A DNA stretch of 64,000 bases from Amphiscolops sp. MND2022 (lineage: Eukaryota), in contig OZ076409.1 of NCBI GenBank assembly GCA_964187785.1, forward strand, positions 4,962,001 through 5,026,000. The letters are read 5' to 3'. Below the pieces are notes generated by a model, which was not told where the DNA came from, searched no databases, and worked only from the letters and a program-made list of their open reading frames with translations. Positions within the stretch are counted from its first letter, which is position 1, and each line of letters begins with the position of its first letter. This document shows positions 1 to 14,136 of this stretch, in pieces. The translations under genes and the position numbers were made by a program.

Positions 1-599
1 GTGATAAACCTGAAATCATGACTAACTAAAAATGATTCAGTTGGCGTCCATTTAAAGCCCAAAAATGTTAAGTGTTTGAATTTAGCTAAATAGCTGTTTT
101 TGAGAGAATTCTGAAAAATCTCACGGTGCCGAAAATCTTTTGGTTTCCTTCGAGTGGAATTGTAAAAAAAAGATCAGAGGAGAGCCCAAGCTAAAAATGT
201 TTTAAAAGTCGGCGCTATATCTAAGGCTCAAAAAGCGCAGTTTTTAAAATATGCGTAGGACGTTTTCATGAAAAATTCCTGTTTTCGAACCTCCGCCTCC
301 TCCTTACAAAAACGAAATATAGTTCAGATATAACGTCAAGAGTTCGGATATAGCGCTTTACTCCTGATACTCCGAGGGAGGGGTGACCCTTTGGAGACAA
401 AAAAAATTTCGAAAAAAAGTTGCACAGTGCCAATAAAAATTAAAGGGGGACCCTTTAGTCTAGTCCGGTTTTGTATCTTACCTTAAAAATGGAATAAATA
501 AAAGGGGCCCTTTGCACCAGCTTAGATGCGTTTCCGCTCGCCGGTCCAGTAGTTTAGTAGTTTTGTAAAAACTTTGAAATTGTTTCATTTTTCTTTCAG

Positions 600-662
600 G
601 CTCTGATCCGAGAACAAGTGTACAACTACGTGCCTGACTTGAAGAAATGCGAGAAACAGTAA
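600..662 (+). CDS. Probable terminal coding exon of an upstream gene (ALIREQVYNYVPDLKKCEKQ*)
   Basis: Strong acceptor ttcatttttctttcag (AG 598-599), GC3-rich codons, TAA at 660-662 and an AATAAA near 802. Product not identifiable. Confidence 0.4.
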   Translation, partial: ALIREQVYNYVPDLKKCEKQ

Positions 663-949
663 TTGAGTCGTTGTCCAATCCGGGATCTTGATTTGGAACC
701 CACGAAACTCTGCTCTGCTTCCGATTTTAATGATTCATAAATTGAAAGTCAATGTCACGCTTTGTATCTTTAACCGTCTATACATCATGGTAGTAGGTTT
801 TAAATAAATTCAATTGATTATAATTTGAGTTATATTTTATTTAATCGGAGAAATCAAAATAATTTTTATAATTATTCTTCGCTCTTTCAACTTTCACATC
901 CTCTCAGCTTTAGTCTTAGTTTCTACAAGCGAAAAGAGTTGAAAGTTTG

Positions 950-1350
950 TTGAAAATTTTCGCAGTTAATGAATTTTTAGGAGTCGGGAAAAATGTTCGA
1001 CTACTTATGCAATCGTTCCGGTTTTTGTCTCCCGACTTTGCAGTAAAACTTTAAAATTTCTCAGAAACTGTCCGTGCGATTTTTATAAACTTTAGCACAG
1101 TCATTCTACACCCAAAATTGCTCCTGCGTGTGCAATGGCATCAAAATCCTTTGACTGGGATCTGAGTCATTTTTGGACTTTTTTCAATTTTTTATGAAAC
1201 TGTCTATACGATTCAAACGAATCTTTAAAATCTGAGAAACATAGCTAGAATTAGTCCAAAATTGACCAAATGACAATAAAATACGTGATTTGTTTTTCAA
1301 TATTTTAATCCGTTTCCGACTCCTTCACCGCACATGCGGCTTTGGCTGTA
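950..1350 (+). repeat. Dispersed repeat, second copy at about 4730-4990
   Basis: Shared ttcgactacttatgcaatcg, tgactgggat and terminal ccgactcctt..ccgca(c/t)atgcggct. Confidence 0.7.
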
Positions 1351-3611
1351 CTTGCTTTGTACATTTTTTTCGCACTTTTAACCGAAAAACTCAAGTTATT
1401 TTGGGGTCTCCCAAAATCATCGGTGAAGAAAAATTTTGTTTCTCAAGTTTGAGCATCTAGCTTTTGTTAGGTATTTACTTGATCATATTGCAATACAGAA
1501 GTGTAAATCAAAAACAGGCCGCATGAATTTATTAAATGAATTCATTGGACAGAAACAAAACTAGCTCAAAATTCGATGAAAATCAAGGGTATTCGAAAGT
1601 CGAATGAACAAACGTTAACGTACAGTTTAGTGTCACTTGAAATAAAGATTTGCAAATAATGAAGAAACTTCCTACTTTCATTATTGTATTTGATCAATTG
1701 TTCACTATTTCGATGAAATAAACGTACCTTATGTTTTAGTATGGGAGTTAAACTCATTCAGCAGATTTTTTGACAAAGATTCCGAGTTTCACATTCGAAA
1801 TAATTATCTACTGTTTATACTCCTTGACCTGAAATTAACTTTTTATTCCCAGATTCTCTAAAAGATCAATTCTCAAAATGTTTTTAAAGGCAATCTTAGT
1901 ACATTTAACTGTTGTAGTTTTGATGTAGATTGTCATGTTTCATTCACTATTGAATTCACTTTTAAATAGTCCGATTGATTTATTGACAACTTTGGGAAAA
2001 AGCGTCTCACTTGCACGATTAAGGCATGTTTCGATTCAATAAAATTCGATTACTCAGTAAATCTGAAGCTAGAGGATATGATACGAACACGATATTTTTT
2101 CAAGATGAAATCGTCTATTGTTTTAGAAAGTTCTCACAATTTGATTCCTCTACTAGCCCATAGAAACATATCACTTTCAGCTGTTATTTAAACACCAGCA
2201 TCCAATCAAGTCTATTTCCACATCTCATGTTTTTCAATGGAAATTGCTTTTTTCCAAAAAAAAAGTAGTCCAAATGTAGAACACTTTGTCGGAAAATTCA
2301 AATAAACTAACACACAACACAATTCTGCACTGTGAAAGCGATACTAACATTTTTCCCGGAAAAATTCAAAAGTGAAATTTACACTGCCGATTTCAATGGA
2401 AGTCTTGGAAGAATTTTATGTTCCAATGAATTTTTTCAACTAAGTACTCATCTTTTAAATTTTTTCCCATTTTTGCAATGACTCAGTCTCAATTTACTAC
2501 TATGGTTTGTTTTCCAATACCAATTTTTCATAAAATTGAAAAAAATGACCAAATTTTAAGCTTATGAGTTTATTCAATAAAAGATGAGAATTTAGATTTT
2601 TTGGATTGTAAAATTTGACGTTTTGTCTACATCTTTTGCATACAGAGATGTACCATTTTTCTGACATGAAAATATATCACACTTTCGAACTTTTTTCTTT
2701 AGACTTTCTCTGGTTGAAATTGTACCTTTTCTACAAAATTTCAATAATTCACGGGGTCCTCGCGTCCATTATTGAACTTTTATTCGGATTTTCCTTTTCA
2801 TTTTCTTTTTTTCACGAAAGAGTTCTGACATTTTCAGTGAAAAGCATTTTTACGCACTAAAGGTCTTTTTTCAACACAGTGTTTTTCAGATTTTTTCATG
2901 ATACAGACTTTTAGCATATTTCACAGCTAAAATGAAACTTTTCACTAGCCATTGGGATCTCCATACTAGTTTTTGTTCAATCTGTGAGATCACTAATTTG
3001 TTCGGAATCAGATTCTTAACGCTTAAGTATTTAGCGTATTTGATCCTCAAACGTGGTGCCGAAGTTCGCGGTTCCCTGTTTGTTGCATCTTACATTTGTA
3101 TTTTCATGTGAAAACAACTTATCGTATAAGTCGTATAAACCTACCTGCATACCTTAGTTGAAAATCATTTAGAAAGATCATGAGATAATTAATTTTCGGA
3201 CTAAGTTTTTCTTGTTCCGCATCTTGAGTCACACTTGTGCGTGGACAGTCAATTAATTAACGATGCATTACCAGATTTAGTATATAAACAGTGCGTTAAC
3301 AGACAAAACAGTGCAGTAACAAATTGTTAAAGCACCATTTGGAAATTTTGTTCACGCAAAAGTTTGTCCTAAACTGATTATTCGATGGCTTGTTCACGCA
3401 TCTCGAAAATCACCTGCGGTCTCGACTGTAATTATTACCATTACTTAATTAGTCAAATGTGAGATGGAATTAGTCAAAGGTATTTTGAATTTAATCAAGT
3501 AAGTAAAATCAAACAGCCGGAAAACGGAATTGAAAAGAAGTAATTTTGATTTAAACAAGTGCAGAAACTCAATTGGAATAAAACATAGTAAACTGAATTG
3601 GATCAAGAAGT

Positions 3612-4659
3612 TTATCCGTCAATTTCTTCTCGGCCAATACAAGCTGGAAGATAGGTTGTCGTGTGGTTATACCAGGATTGGCATTTTGAGATAATTACTT
3701 CACCGGCAGTAGAAGAAATGATAGTCGTTGATAGTATCAAATCTAAACTTGCAGTGTTCTACCATTCAATATCTCCTGTAGGGGAAATGAACTCATCTTT
3801 TCGGGATGCCAATTATCTTTTGATAGCTTGTTTCCAACAACTTATCGCATTTTCGGCCATGTTCAGAAACGGAGAGTATTTCCGTACTCCTCGAACAGTG
3901 AAGTTACCGGGAACACCGAGGTCACTAATGCAAATATGAGGTCGAGCATTATCATAAATGCAGATTCCGGAAGCGTTCATATCGGCCAAAAATTCATTAC
4001 CACACAAATTTTCCAGAAACCTGCAAAACCTCTGCTGTCATTCCTCCAGCAAATAACTGATAATGAACTACCCCTTGGCGATTTGAAACAGCAATACAAA
4101 CCGTGGTATTTGGTCCGCGTTGACCAGATACTCTGCAGTAAACTCAGTGGACTTTTTTTGATCTTCCTTGATTTCGCCTAGTTTGAATGTTTATTCCAAA
4201 CTCATCAATGAAAAACTTGTTCTCATTGACCACGTTAGGACCCATGAGCCAGCGAGCATAATCATAACGTTGTTCTATTGTGTCGACGGTATTGCGTTCA
4301 GCTGGTCTGTCCCTTGTAATATTTAAAGTAATGAGACCCATCTAGGGCATTTGACAACGCCTGGTCAGAGAAGGATGCTTATTGAGAAGTTGATGAACCA
4401 TCACGTTGAATTCTTTTATTGTGACTAGGGGATTTTCTTCAAGACACCGAATGGCGGTATCCACGCATTCATCGTCAACTTTTCTGTTCAATCCGGAACC
4501 ACCTCTTGACAAATTAGTGGCACGTCCCCTCTTGATAATGCTGTAAGCAGTTCTCTTTATTTTGAGATTTTTGGCTAACTCTACAAAGTCTTCGTCATTC
4601 TCATATGCTTCCTACAGTCGTAAGGACCATTTGACTGTCGAAGTCTATCGAAGTGGCAT
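3612..4659 (-). pseudogene. Decayed IS630/Tc1/mariner-superfamily DDE transposase (Gambol/IS630-like)
   Basis: Minus-strand fragments: HTH-like EAYENDEDFVELAKNLKIKRTAYSIIKRG..RGG; FFIDEFG; IYDNARPH; YSPFLNMAE; C-terminus CQSWYNHTTTYLPACIGREEIDG*. Several stops and frameshifts. Confidence 0.88.
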
Positions 4660-7600
4660 TTCTTTAAATTTCAACTATAGTGCGTTTCTAAACTTTCAAA
4701 TTCGAAATTAGATGAAATGATTATCGCATTAAATTGTTGAACTTTCTTAGGTGTCGGAAAGAATTTTCGACTACTTATGCAATCGTGTTGTTTTTTCTCC
4801 CGACCTTCCATGAAACTTTCAATATTTTCAAAAACAGTCCCTACGATTCGAACGAAATCTTGTACAAACATTCTTCATATTATGGTCCTTTGTGTGCAAT
4901 TTCATCAAATTCGCATGACTGGGATTCGAGCGAGTCAGAAGCAAAAAGACCTGAGCCGACTCCTTTACCGCATATGCGGCTCTGGTACTGCATGTCATTG
5001 AAATTTTGTTTTTTTTTAGTGTTGCGTTAGAAACGCACTGTCTGTGTTGGTTTAAATCAATTGGAGTTTGTTTATTTCAATTTCACTCTGAATAATTTCA
5101 CGCTCGTTTGATTAAATCGTTTTTTGTTTGACTAAATAGTTCTGAGTTTTCACGCTGGTTTAAATTGAACTCTCGGTTGTTTGATTTCTATCACACTTCT
5201 ACTGAATTTGGCCTTGGAAAGTTATAATTTCTCGATGCATGAACAAGCCATGGAATAACTAGTACTTCAAAGTCATAGTTTTTTCAACATATCTTTTATA
5301 CTGGAAATAGTGGCGCTTAAGAAAGCCAGAACTGAGAGTTCACAAAATTCATTTACCGGAATTAGATTTCAGTTTGTTCCAGAAAACGAATCTAGTTTTA
5401 ATTTCAAAGGAAGGAATTTGAATGTACTGGTATAGTGAACGTTAGCAATTTTCGCAAATATAGTGTATATTTCATGGTCGTTTTGCCATATCTCGTTTGT
5501 TGTATATATATATTTTTGTACAATTTTTGTTGAACGCATTCGCAATGAGGTCTCTAGTCCTAACTTCTGCTAACTTGGTGATTAATAATAAAACTTTGTA
5601 GTTGCTTTTGAACTTGAGCGGGACTATCATTTTTTTGTCACATTGATGTTGGAAATGGAAAAACTGACTTTTTTGGATCCTTAGGCAAAAAGTTTTTGCC
5701 AGAGTTCGACTATGCCTATGAAGATGGTTCAGGGAAGAACTAGAAACGCAAAATTGCGCGAGGATTTCTGAAATGGTTACATGAAATTTCGTCCTATGCA
5801 ATATCAACCTGTTTTTTCAACCTTCCGCAATTTCAATCTAAACTACTTTTGGCTAATTAGTCCTAATTTGGTTGAGGTATCATTTCATAACAGTTAGCAA
5901 TGAATCAAACAGGCTCAATTAATGGTAACTATTCATGAAGAAGCCAAATCTCATCAAAGCTGGCATATTGCAGTATGTTGAAATTGTGAGCGGTTGAAAA
6001 GGCATCGATTGAAATTGCATATGATCGAAAGTCGTGCCACCGTCTGAAACATACTGCAACAATATGATCTAAACTTCCAAAAATTTTGACCAATCGTTCC
6101 AGCAACTTTGAGACAGCTTGAAACGGAAAATTAATCAGGCTGACAAAAAAATTCGAAAACTCAGCAAAATTCGAAATTCAGCAAAATCACACGAATTAAA
6201 TACAAAATTTCTGTTCATTTGCCTCGATTATGTCTTCTCAAGTTTTCTAATTTTTCAGTTGCTTTTTCAATCCAACTTTTGACCACGCTCAAAAAATCTC
6301 AGATTAAGTAGAAACGAGCTTTTGTCGTAGATTAATGCATAATTCTTGCTCCGTAAATGTGAATCACAGCGATTAGACTTCTTCCTATGAGCAGAATTTT
6401 ATATGCGAAAAGATGTGGATGTTTTCTGACAACAAGACGCAAGGCGACCACGGATCAAGCCTGCGTCTGGCTTGCGACTCAAAAAGGTCAGTCTCAACGA
6501 AATGATCAGATTGGCTGATATGGAATTCTTATAGATTTCAGAGTGTCAAAGCAATTGGAAGACGCCCTTTGGGCTCGAAAAACCCTTCTCATTAACTGAA
6601 AACATCGAAAGACGCAAAATAGAGGAAAAATCTTCGTGAGAGGAAAATTCCTTCGAAAAAGTAGTACATTGCTGGAAAACCCAAAGGGAGATCCTTTAGG
6701 CTCAAAAACGTGCTTTTCTGAATGAAAACATGGAAAATTGAAGAGGAGACTTTTTGATGAAGAAAATTTTTTAAAGAAGTTGCAGTGCTGAAAAAGACAT
6801 AAGGTAAAACCCTAGTAAAACTATAAATTACTCGGAGTACAATTCGGCTTCTATGTGAACCCTTTTGCCTTTTTAGAATTTAAGCGTAAAAAGTCTGTAA
6901 AAAGTGGATCATTCAGTGTGAGGTCTTGGGATTGACGGAAAAACGTGCCACTGTAAGAGTCTGGCACTTTTTAATACAAGAAGCGCCGACTAAAAATATA
7001 GCCAAGTTAATCATGTTCCTTTGAATCTTATTGGTCATCGTCATTGTGAAATAATGCTGACAAAAGTCAAATGAAGTGGGTCTTTTCTGCTGTTACGTGA
7101 ACCTTCCGGTCTTGCATCTTTTCACAATTTTTTATTTTCCTGGAAGGCTGCTGTTAGTACCATTCCAATTGACACTGACGACCGTTTATTAACTAACACG
7201 TGACTACTTTCCTTCTTCTTGTGTCAATTTTTGGGAATATCGTCCTAGAACACTTGTCATTGGGTATGCGGAAAACTCGTCGTGAGAAACTCGTCGAAAT
7301 GAAAGGGCGGAAAACAGGTCGAAAATTAACTCGTCGAATAATATTTGAGTGCAAACTCGTCGAAAAATTAATTACAGAATAACCACAGGAACTACACAGT
7401 GCTAATTATTGAATACTTTCCCTTAATTGATGCGTGAAGTTTTCAGTTTTACGCATAATATTGCTTTTTTTAGTTTAATAATTGCTTGAAATGTCTAACG
7501 TTTACAGTTTACAGTGTAATAGTTCTTTATAATTAGAACTTCATAACAGTAACGATTACAAAGTTCGCACTATATTTAGCTGGGATGATTTTCTGTACTT

Positions 7601-9158
7601 GCGACGAGCCGGGAATTTTCGGCGAGTTACTTTCCGCCTAGCATTTTGGACATGTTGCTTCCGGTGAGTTGTTTTCGACGAGATTCTTGTAATTGTAACA
7701 TACTTTTTACACTCGTGAAATAAAATTTCCAGCTAGTCTCACCTCTAGAATTTGTTCCGTCTACTTGCTATATATTCGAATATTTTCGGCAGTTGAAACG
7801 CGAAAATTTTTGATTTCATCTATTCTCAAAGATTGTCTCTTATCTGGTGCCTATTTCAAAACTCATTCAGCGAAAAACACTATTGTGCCTCTAATGAAGA
7901 GTGAATTAGGTTTTACCAAAAAAGCGCCTATCGCTTGTTGCGCTTATGACTGGCCCAGTAACGCTTGAGCGGCGCTTTGTGGAAGAATGGCTCAGCGAAT
8001 TTTCGAATTTTAAAAATTTTGATCGGTTACTCTTTTTTCTCCAAACAAATCTTCCAACTGCACTGGTGTCAGGTGAAACGGCCACTACAAAAACTCGCCA
8101 CTGTAAAAGTTGGGCCGCTTATTCGGATATTACGTCGTTTTCGCTTCTTGTGAGCTTTCTCGCTTACAAGCTACCTAATTCACTGCTAATGAATATCGTT
8201 AAACTCAAGTCATAGTGAAGTTCATAAAAGATTCATCATCTATTCATCTATGATCTGCAACTCCATGGCCAATTTAACTTCGTTTCACATCGCAAAAGCT
8301 GAAGGCCACTCAAAAACAATTACAACTTGGTCCGAAGATTTTCGTCGCTGCTAACATTATGCTTGTTTCCTTTTAAGTCGGCGCTTCACAAAATGAAACA
8401 CGACTAAAATAGTGTTTTTTTTTCAATCCGCACAAACTGGCCAATATAGTTCTACAAAATTTCAAGTGGACAAATTGTACCATTTGACTCTGGGAACAGA
8501 ACTATAATAGTTTTTCCTTGTTTTCAGCGTAAGATACAGAACCGAACGAGACTGAAGGGTCACCTTTTCGATTTTCTTTCGGCACTGAGACTCTTTTTTT
8601 AGAAAATTTTCAATGTCCCCAGAGGGCCCCTTTTAGCGCATCCGGGGCGCCCGCGCTAGCGTCCCCCCGCGCGCCAAATCGGTCCCCTTTTGGGTTTTTT
8701 GGGTTCCATGGAAAAGAATACTTTGAAGTCCTTTTGCTATTTTTGAGCCTTAAGCGGTGCGCCGACTGGAATGTCAGCTATATAGTGATCGTATATTCCA
8801 TACTGTTCATTGCTATAACGATCAGATATGCACTACGCATTCAGTTATGAAGTTTTTTGATGAAAAGTAAACCGAGAAAGTGAGGTTCGAAATGCCTTAT
8901 CCTGCTTCGCAAGCCAACGCTCTAACCACTAAGCTAACTGGCATATAGAGGACAATTATCACATCTGCCACTGCGTGTTTCCGTCACATTTTTGTCCATC
9001 TTAAAAAGTGACTGGTAGTCTAATCTCAATTAAAATGCCGACTAAAAAGACAGTCGCTCTTGAAACCAGAAAACTGCGAGTTTCTGGCTAACTGTAGAAA
9101 TTTGGGGCGCGTCGGTTGTAAAGTATAGTTGGCTGCGAATGTGCTACAAGCTGTAGAT

Positions 9159-9601
9159 CAGGGTTCGCAAAAAACAAGATTTTGAAAAAATCGTGTTCAA
9201 AACGTTTAAAACATCAAAAATTTTTGTTTAAAACATGTTCAAAACTCTAGATCTATCACATAATTGTCTAAAACTAAACGACCTAAAAATTGAGTTCACT
9301 GCAGTATGCGAAGACAGAACGCAAGTTCGTTGGCTTTCTCAATTTAGAGTCGATTCTGTGTTTAATTGTGGGCGAAGCCCAGGGTGCTGAAAACTGGTTC
9401 CAAGCCTGCCGAACTTCGAATTAAAACCAGAAGCGCATCGGCATTTTTCTTGATGTCTTCCGTCAAATTACCCAAGATTACTTGGGATTTTAGGAACTTG
9501 AAAATACCTGTAACTGAAATGGAAACAATTGAACAAAATGAAGGTTTTGTCATGTTTAAAACGCGTTTAAAACACGACATGTTTTGAACATGCGAACCGT
9601 G
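9159..9601. mobile_element. hAT-type MITE
   Basis: TIR CAGGGTTCGCA / TGCGAACCGTG; perfect 8-bp TSD CTGTAGAT. Confidence 0.85.
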
Positions 9602-10527
9602 CTGTAGATTATCCTTACAGTATCATCAAGGTCCCACGTAATATTCAAAAATATATCGTTTCAATTTTCTTCTTTTCAATAGTTTTATAAATTATCAGTG
9701 AAGTAGGTCGCTTTTAAGCGAAAGCGCAACAGTAGTGAAAGCGACGTAATTTTCAAATGAGCGCCAAAAGCGGAAGCGACGTCTGAAATGTGCGCTTATC
9801 TGTGGTCGAAAATCTTAGCTATTTTGGTAACAAGAGTGTCCAACTCTTACAATGGCAAGTTTTTTTGTACGGGGCGATTAACTTGGCACCAGCAAAGTTG
9901 AGAGATTTTTCTCTTGTTGTGGTACTTTGTTGAGAAAGGAGAGTAACTTATCGAAATTAACAAAAGTTCGAAATTGCAGCTTTTGGAAGCTTGGATTCGC
10001 TGGGCCAAAGTTTTCTTCCAAAAAGCACTGCTGAAGTGTTAAATGGCCAATTGTGAGCGCAACAAGCGATAAGGTTTTTTTGGTAAAATCGAATTCACTG
10101 TATCATACAAAGCATTTCGCGTGCTGTTCATTGAAATTTTCATGCTTTTTCGCCCCAAAAAGCTCCATTTCGTGCTCCGACGCGCAACGAAGTTATTTCA
10201 GTGTATTTTTCTCGATCGAAAATCTTCCCAAGCTCACACAAAAATAGCGAAAGTTTCCTTTGATATTTCTGAGAATGTTTGCGAAGCACTCGCATTAAAG
10301 TTTTTCTCAAGGTTAAAACATTGAAGCGCCAAGGATGCTAAAATTATTCAAAGACGGTCTTTTAAATGTATTATTTTATTCTGATCGCTCATTGTTCAAC
10401 GAAGCATCCTAATTTTCCATTTTTCCTTTTTTTTACACTTGCGATAAGCAAGTGTTATGGGAAAGTGCGGGCGCTTTTTTTCCGGGCGACAGCTCTCTCG
10501 TTTCACGCGGCAAGTCGCACAGTTCAC

Positions 10528-10599
10528 GCGTTCGTGGTCTAGTGGTAAGATGTTTGCTTTTCAACCGAGAGGTTTCGTGTTCGAACCCATGCGTATGCG
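10528..10599 (+). pseudogene. tRNA-derived head / pseudo-tRNA (Glu/Gly-like); duplicated at about 15297-15368
   Basis: A-box TGGTCTAGTGG and B-box GTTCGAAC at tRNA spacing; anticodon and acceptor stems pair poorly. Confidence 0.7.
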
Positions 10600-13151
10600 C
10601 TTTTTTTACAAGTATTCCGAAGCAGAAGGTTCTCACTTTTTTCGGCACTATGAGACTCCCCCTTTTTTGGCTTTGTGAGACTTTTTTTTAAAAAACTTCA
10701 CCAAAGTGTCCTCCCTTCAATTTGTCTGATATTTTGCAACAGAACGAATGTTAGAAAATCCCAAAGGGTCCCTTTGTCAGATTTTTCGACACTGAGACTG
10801 TTCAAATTTCTTATTTTTTTCGAAAATTTTTTGAAAGACTCCAAACGGTCTCTTCAGTTTTTTGAAATTTTGCAACACAATGGATGTTAAAAAATCTCAA
10901 AGGGCCCCTCTCTTACAGTTTTCGGCATTGTGAGATTTTTCAAAAGGAATAATTTTTGTCTTAAAATTAGGTTTTCTCAGGCCCAGCACGCTATATTCGA
11001 TTTTTTTAAAGACTGGGGTTTTTTCGATGCGACTTTTTTAAAATTCGCTTTCATCGAAGCCCCCCTCAATTTTTAAAAGAAACGAAATGTTTTGCGGGCG
11101 TAAAGGACTCCTCAACGTTTCCGGCACGTTTGCGACTTACCGGAGACCTTAGAAAAATTTTTCGAAAGGTTTCGAAATTTTTTTCGTCAATTTTATGTTT
11201 TTTTAAAGGTTTTCCGGTGAGAAAGGTGGTTTTTTTGCTCTTTCCAGTTGGGGAAGAATGGTTTTCGAGACTTATGCGTATCCTTTCGGGTATCTTTTGG
11301 GGCTGTAAAATTGATGAAATTTTAACATTATTGCACCTTTTACACTTGGTTGACCGTATGATTTCTTCTGAAAAGTTCACAACTTTCTTCGCAAGTGTTT
11401 GCGAAGCACGGCTTCGCCTCTGTGTTGGAAATATGGAAGCTTAGAAGTGACAATCAAATGTTATATGCAGCTAATTTGAGTGATTGAAATATAAAGGAAA
11501 AATTGAAGCCTACTTATTGGGAACCAATAAAAATTGAATCAACTCAAAAACGGTAGAAGCACTGTTAAAGCACGTGAAAAGGTATTTCAGTTCACGTCTC
11601 AAGCATGCCTTTTGATGAAAACATTTTGGTCAACAATTATCTCGATCACGTTTCATAGAATGGCTTAGTCGTGAACAAAAAAGCAGTGAAATTTCAAGAC
11701 GTTTTCTCCAAATTGGTTTCTTTCTTTTGGGGGAACCAAAATCCAAATTTGCTTGAGAATCCTTCTGTTTTGTTCCGGGTGAGTGATTCTTTTTCCACAT
11801 TACAGCTTGGAAGTAAATAACGCTAGCGCTGTTTCCATTACAATCAAATTTTTCCATCTTTTTTTCAACCTCAGCCGCCGCATCTTTTTGCTTTTATTTT
11901 TCCAGGTTTCTACGACAACAACCAATCAAATACACACAAACAACGATTCTATCGTCGGTTTATTTTCGCTTATTACACACGAGCTTTTGATAGTAATACA
12001 AATCTTCATCGCCGGTTTATTTATTACCTTTAAAACCGTACAAGTTCAGCCTAATAACGCCAAAATCAGAGTTTACGAAGGAAAGATTAGATGACTTAAA
12101 TCCGATTGAAGATTGATTAGTCAAATCTTGATCAATAGATCAATGATTTTTCTTTTTGCATTGATTCATGACACAAGTCAGCCTATCTTAATTCAAATTG
12201 TGGAACTCTTTATTCGAATAGTTTATCAATTCTGTCTTGATTAATCAAAAATGTGTTTTAATTTTTAAAAGCACTCAATTTTCGTTTTTTGTTCTATCAC
12301 CTTATCTGTGTTTTTGTAGCCTTGATAGTGAAACACAACGTAGCTCAAGTTTCCATTGTTTCCATTAGTTTTTGTAGCGGTATTTTCGTTTGATTGAAAA
12401 TAATTTCGCTTTTACCGTTTAATCTTGTGTTGTTGAATTATCAGATCAAAGCAATAAAGCTTGTTACTTTTGCATAGCACTAACTGTTTTTCTTGGTTTG
12501 AATTATTATTTTTGAACTTTTTTGAATTGTTATTATTAACATTTGTCATCGTATTGATACAATGCAGAAAAAAATGAGTTCGCTTTTGGCCACTATTTCA
12601 GAATATTATTTGTTCTCTTTCTGTGGGCCCACTGTGCAATTGATGACTCCTACACAAGCGACTAAATTCTGTGAAGATTGCCAACATTTCGGCCAACCAG
12701 GTAGATATGACCCTATGACAGTGACGGCCAATTAAATTTTTGAATCATGTTCCTTATTCCCCTAGCGGCGGCAGGGGGAAATAAGAAACAAGGTTCATAT
12801 ACCATTATGTCGACATCGTTTGCGCTGAAATTTCGGTCCAATGAAATAGATGTCGGTATAATCCTATCTTTCACGTTGATTCACAGTTCAAAAGTTGCTC
12901 AAAAACAGCCCCAATTTTTCATGTTGAATCTTGAACGTTTATTGGGCAATTCTTGCTGGAACCTAATAATTGTAATTTTCAATTGAAATTATTGAAAAAC
13001 GTCAATTTTCGAAAAAAAAGTTTTGATCAGTATATTATCTGGTGGAATGGTCTCATCTGAAATCATTTGAATGCAACCATGAATTAGCGGAACAGTGATT
13101 CATCCTTTTCCTTCTTTTTCAATGGTGGTGGTCATGGATGCCGTTTTGTAG

Positions 13152-13292
13152 GGCTCCTTTTTGACCGGTGCCACTCCCTCTGAGGCCACTAGCTCCTCCC
13201 CCTCACTCTCCCGGTTGACACCCACTCGACGACACCCTACTGGCAGACAACAAGTGCTCAATTCAGCACCACTGAACAACCACGCTCAACAG
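13152..13292 (+). CDS. Candidate upstream low-complexity exon A of the flippase (second copy near 17933-18075)
   Basis: Acceptor ttttgtag, GC-rich island, open frame GSFLTGATPS...NNHAQQ, phase 0-0. The donor (cag|gttttt) is weak and an antisense reading is also open. Confidence 0.35.
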
Positions 13293-13903
13293 GTTTTTTT
13301 GGAATCGAACTATGTTCATTTTTCAATACTCGTTTTTTTCATTGTTGAGAAAAAAAAACATTTTTTGTTGAAGTTCAAGTTGAATGAGTCTAGTCGAAAG
13401 TTTCTTCGAAAACTAAGACAATAAACAGATTATGGAGAACCGGGGCTAAAAAGAAACTGAGAAAAAACGCAAAAATTGAAACGAACAAAAAATTGTCTAA
13501 GGTAAAGTTAAATTAAAAGATTCAGTTTGAAAGTGTTACTCTATCATTCAGGTTTCTTTGAAGTTTAAACCTGTGAACCAATTATCGAAACAAAAACCAA
13601 GCTGAAAAGGATGCTAAACATCACGAAGTATAATTAAATGTCAATTCCTTCGGATACTTTTAGAAAAACAAAGTGAGTTGGTTAGAGGTCAAAGTTCACT
13701 ACACTTTGGAGAAACTTGAAGCCAAAAGAGTCAAAACACCTTCGTTGTTTTATGTCTGAGTTTCAAGAGTTCGAAGTGTGAATACCGGATTTCCATCTGT
13801 GGCTCTCGCTTCGAGGTTTGGGACTATGTTTTTTTCTGCCATTCTGTTTTGTAAGAAGTTTGTTTCAATTGTTTAATCGTTAAAAAATTGGCTGACTGCG
13901 CCA

Positions 13904-14136
13904 TGTTGTATTCTGCTATTCTAAGGGTAAGAGAAAAGAATATTGTAAAATAAAGATCTCTAGTTCTAGACTGTATCGTAACAAGTACAAATGTATAAAT
14001 GTATTCAATGTAATTTAGCATGATTTGAGTTTGTTTGTACACAACTCTAGCTGGTATCTAGACACTTGACAGTCTATAAGTTTGTAGACCGAATCTCGGT
14101 TGAGGTCATGGGAACCGGATTGAACCGAATATAACA
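13904..14136. mobile_element. Possible short solo LTR (copy at 18682-18914)
   Basis: TG...CA with a 9/10 terminal IR (TGTTGTATTC / GAATATAACA) and an internal AATAAA; no TSD seen. Confidence 0.3.

Noticed and set aside
10528..10599. Functional tRNA gene
   Set aside because: Anticodon, T and acceptor stems are mismatched, and it is embedded in repeat sequence.
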